Assembly (NCBI GenBank): GCA_001687465.1
Contig: LVLI01000150.1
Span: 1-64,000 of the forward strand
DNA length: 64,000 nucleotides
Direction of reading: 5' to 3'
From: Halocafeteria seosinensis
Lineage: Eukaryota
The notes beneath the pieces were generated by a model. It had not been told where the DNA came from. It was given only the letters and a program-made list of their open reading frames with translations, and did not search any database. The position numbers and the translations under genes are program-made. The stretch's first letter is position 1; each line of letters opens with the position of its first letter. This document shows positions 60,994 through 64,000 of this stretch, piece by piece.

Positions 60994-61029
60994 TAGAATT
61001 CAATTCCCTGTTCTCTGTGCAAACCATCT

Positions 61030-61463
61030 TCAACCACCTGTATCCACTCAAATGAATCACTTCCCCTTATCTTGTGCGTTCACGTATTCACTTTGCTTCA
61101 GTGATTTATATGATGATTCGACATATAACCAACCCTGTTTATAAGTAAACCAAACTTGGGGCAAGGTTCACTTCGGGCTCAGGAAGATCCTTCAGTTCAC
61201 ACGACCACCCTCTATAAACACTCAAATAATTCACTTCCCCTTATCTCACCCATTTACGCATTACCTTCGCTTCAGTGATTTATATGATGATTCAATACAT
61301 AACCAGCCCTGTTCATGGATAGAGGAAACTTGGGGCAAGGTTCACGACGGTATCAGAAAGATCCTCCAGTTCAAACGACTACCCCTATGCACCCAAATAA
61401 ATCAATCTTTTCCGTTATGCTAAGCCAAAATATAATCACTGTGCTTCAGTGATTATCATGATT
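61030..61463. repeat. 174-bp degenerate tandem repeat (~2.5 units), non-coding
   Basis: GCTTCAGTGAT at 61095, 61269 and 61443; CACTTCCCCTTATCT at 61058 and 61232; AAACTTGGGGCAAGGTTCAC twice. Confidence 0.88.
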
Positions 61464-61810
61464 CCTTGGGATCTTATCATAGACTTCGCAAATAGGACGG
61501 GGACGACTGCCAAAGAAAAGAACTTAGCCGGACAACAGGTTGGCATTCAGGGGACTGTGAAGGGAAACAAAAACACCTCCATCAGGACATGTTCTCCGGT
61601 CTATACACACCTTTTTCAATCCAAACAAAAATAGAAAACCACAACATCTGAATCAGAAACATTCACTTATAAACTCTGTTGTCTTTCTTTCAGTACAATC
61701 GCTGAATGAAATCAGTAGAACGTAGCCAAGCAAATACGTAGTGACTCGTACTTTTCAAATCAGACGAACTCAACTAATCTAGCCAGTACGATTGAAGTTA
61801 TACCGTCGGA

Positions 61811-62119
61811 ACTTCACAAGTCAACTTGACACCGTCGCTAGGCACGTAGGCATGGCTATTTCGTTTGTCGAACCCCCGTGAGACACGGTCGTGTAGGGGT
61901 CAATTTGTGGAATTCGGGTGAGGTTCTCTAGTGGGTATATCGTCGGGTTTGGCGGTCGGGTTCGGTTGAGTGAGGAATCACTTTGCGTATTTCGTCTGAC
62001 TATTTCGTCGGATTTTGCGGTCGTATAGCGGTATTTTGGTGAAACAGATAGGTGACGTTGTAGGGGGTATATCGTCGGGTTTTGCGGTCGGGTGAATCCG
62101 ATTGGTTCTTCCATCTGGT
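61811..62119 (-). repeat. Right terminal inverted repeat (309 bp)
   Basis: Reverse complement aligns gap-free to the left TIR from ACCAGA to GTCAAGTTGACTTGTGAAGT. Confidence 0.93.
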
Positions 62120-62152
62120 GTTATATAGGAATCTACTCTATTGACTACTCTC

Positions 62153-62278
62153 CTTGAGCCTGTTTGTAGAGAATCCTTCAACTTTCAATTCGAAGAAAAA
62201 TTATCCCGTGACGTGCCTCAACTGCGTGGCAGGGAGCTCATATTCGAGGAAATGCAGAGTATGGCAAATGCTAGTTGA
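62153..62278 (+). pseudogene. Orphan MAP-kinase C-terminal fragment
   Basis: LEPVCRESFNFQFEEKLSRDVPQLRGRELIFEEMQSMANAS-stop resembles the MAPK tail (DEPVC..PF.F.FE...L.ELI..E); no kinase domain upstream. Confidence 0.5.
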
Positions 62279-62351
62279 TAGAGCTAAGACCTGGTGTCGT
62301 AGGCGAATGGCTAAGTTACCCAGAGCAATATACGCAATGCCACAGCTGCAA

Positions 62352-62492
62352 GTGTTCCCTCACGGCGCATGTCAGCAAGGCTGCAGGAACAGCGGACCCG
62401 TCGCTGCTTAACACGGGCGCATACCGCTCCTCGTTAAGAGGATGCGGTCAACTTCCCGGCCGGTGGGCTATCTGTCACATTTGTGTGTGTGC
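62352..62492 (+). repeat. Dispersed SINE/LINE-like 3' end, copy 2
   Basis: Matches 3457-3584 apart from a short indel; ends in (TG)n. Confidence 0.75.
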
Positions 62493-63335
62493 TACAAATT
62501 GTAGCAACTTTAGCACTCACCTGCAACGAGAAGTATGCCTCTTAGGCACTCGTACTTCCGCAAGAGTCTATTTACAATGTAGCACAGGGTCTGAGGTTGC
62601 GTATCCAATGATAACTCTCAAGGTAGTCAAATTGTGATGCTGGAATACCTCCGCATCCCGTGCAGCCAGATCGTCGAGTCATCGACTGTACATGTACGAG
62701 AGGTAACTCCGACCAACCACTTACAGTAGTACAAAGTATAGCCGAGTACACACATTAACGGTATCCCTTCTTGATAGCTATGCTCCCACAGTACACTACC
62801 GTCGTATGAAACACGAAGATATCTATCAACACACATGTACAAGATGTAGGGAGCAACGACATCGAAGCACCGTGTCAGTTGGACGAGGTGTGAAGCCAGG
62901 GGTAGAACGGGGCTTCATATGACACGTGAGGTACCAATCGTACCAATCCTGCCTACACAGTGAGGAAAGTTAAGAAGCAGATTACCGAAGCGACCTGAAT
63001 CTCCAAAAAGAGTTATATTCACATATTGCGCGCCTTGGGGGAGGAGTATCCTCGGCGATAGAGGCGTCCCTGGAGCTCTTAGTTGTGGATGCGATTTGGA
63101 TCCACAGTGCCCACCCTATTTACGCAGCTAATTTACTTTTCCATAAGAGCAACAGCGCTATTATTATCATAGGGGTGCTTTGAAGGATTTCTTGACGCCA
63201 TTGAGTCCCGTACTACTGCTCTGTGCGGGCTCATATAGCGTTGAACAGAGGTAGAGCGTCTGGCGCCTTGGTCTTGTCCCGCCGGTGAACCCGCTGTTCG
63301 TGCGAAAAAGTGGTCAACGAATCGTTTGAGAAACA

Positions 63336-64000
63336 ATGACAACCCAAAACCGCGGAGGAGGAGAACGAGAAGGGCACCGAGGATACCGTCAGCATACACT
63401 TGTAGGACATGTATTTGAGGTTCGGAATAGGTATACGGACCTTGAACCGTTTGGCCGGGGAGCATATGGGCTGGTGGCCAAAGCTCAAGATCTCGTGAGT
63501 AATTGCTCGAGCTAATTGACGCACCCAATGGTGCACACGGAACACTCTTTTCATGGATTGCAGATTACCGGGAGAAACGTTGCCATCAAGAAGATCGAAA
63601 ATATATTTCGGGACAATATCGACGGTAAGGGTTTCGCATGCAGGATACCGTAAGGCTTTGAATGAATTGCTGCTCTGTGTCCGCAGCTAAACGAACTCTA
63701 CGAGAGGTGAAGCTACTACGACATTTGGGGGCACATGGAAATGTAACTGAACTCATCGACATTATGACAGAGCCTCCGGAGTCGCAGAACTTCCGGACGT
63801 TGTATATTGTTACTCAGTGCTACGAGACTGACCTAGAACGGATCATCAATTCGGGGCAGCGACTTTCGGAGCGACATTTCTCATATTTCGTGTATCAGTT
63901 GCTCAGGGCACTGAAGTATATCCATTCGGCTAACGTGCTTCATAGGGACTTGAAGCCGTCGAACTTACTTGTCAACTCTAACTGTGACTTGGCCATTTGC
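63336..64000 (+). CDS. MAP kinase (ERK-like), 5' part (exons 63336-63494, 63564-63624, 63687-end)
   Basis: [81 protein letters not shown]; canonical GT-AG introns keep frame. Confidence 0.95.

Larger units (their letters stand above)
50694..62119. mobile_element. Endogenous Polinton-like virus/virophage-type element, internally deleted (non-autonomous), 11,426 bp
   Basis: Colinear TIRs starting ACCAGA and ending TCTGGT; abrupt shift to AT-rich, densely packed intronless ORFs; capsid-like, lipase, HNH, Zn-finger and RING genes and a tRNA. No polymerase, packaging ATPase or integrase seen. Confidence 0.85.

Noticed and set aside
50680..62135. Target-site duplication around the element
   Set aside because: Flanks GTTTATGCGTCAA and GTTATATAGGAAT share no direct repeat at the junctions.

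Overview
Nuclear DNA of a compact-genome microbial eukaryote with short GT-AG introns. It is probably flagellated (WDR93-like gene); the taxon cannot be determined from the sequence. Host genes: Rab1, an EF-hand/WDR93-like protein, an intronless prokaryote-like hypothetical, a P4-ATPase flippase, PP4R3/SMEK, PUM3/Puf6, and the 5' part of a MAP kinase. There is also a ~17 kb mosaic surface-protein gene (CUB/CARDB/pseudo-lipase/GPS) broken by one in-frame TGA and one frameshift. Between genes lie decayed P-loop and PD-(D/E)xK gene fragments and three copies of a SINE/LINE 3' end. The main find is an 11,426-bp AT-rich, intronless insertion (50694-62119) bounded by asymmetric terminal inverted repeats built from iterated sites. 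I read it as an internally deleted Polinton-like virus (PLV)/virophage. It carries a major-capsid 5' stub joined to a penton-like gene, a lipase, HNH/NUMOD4, Zn-finger and RING genes, an intact tRNA-Asn(GTT), giant-virus-like AAAAATGA promoters and 3' hairpins. It has no target-site duplication, and its reconstructed empty site (GCGTCAA^GTT) is identical to a 10-mer inside its own left TIR. All family assignments come from motif recognition by eye, not database searches.
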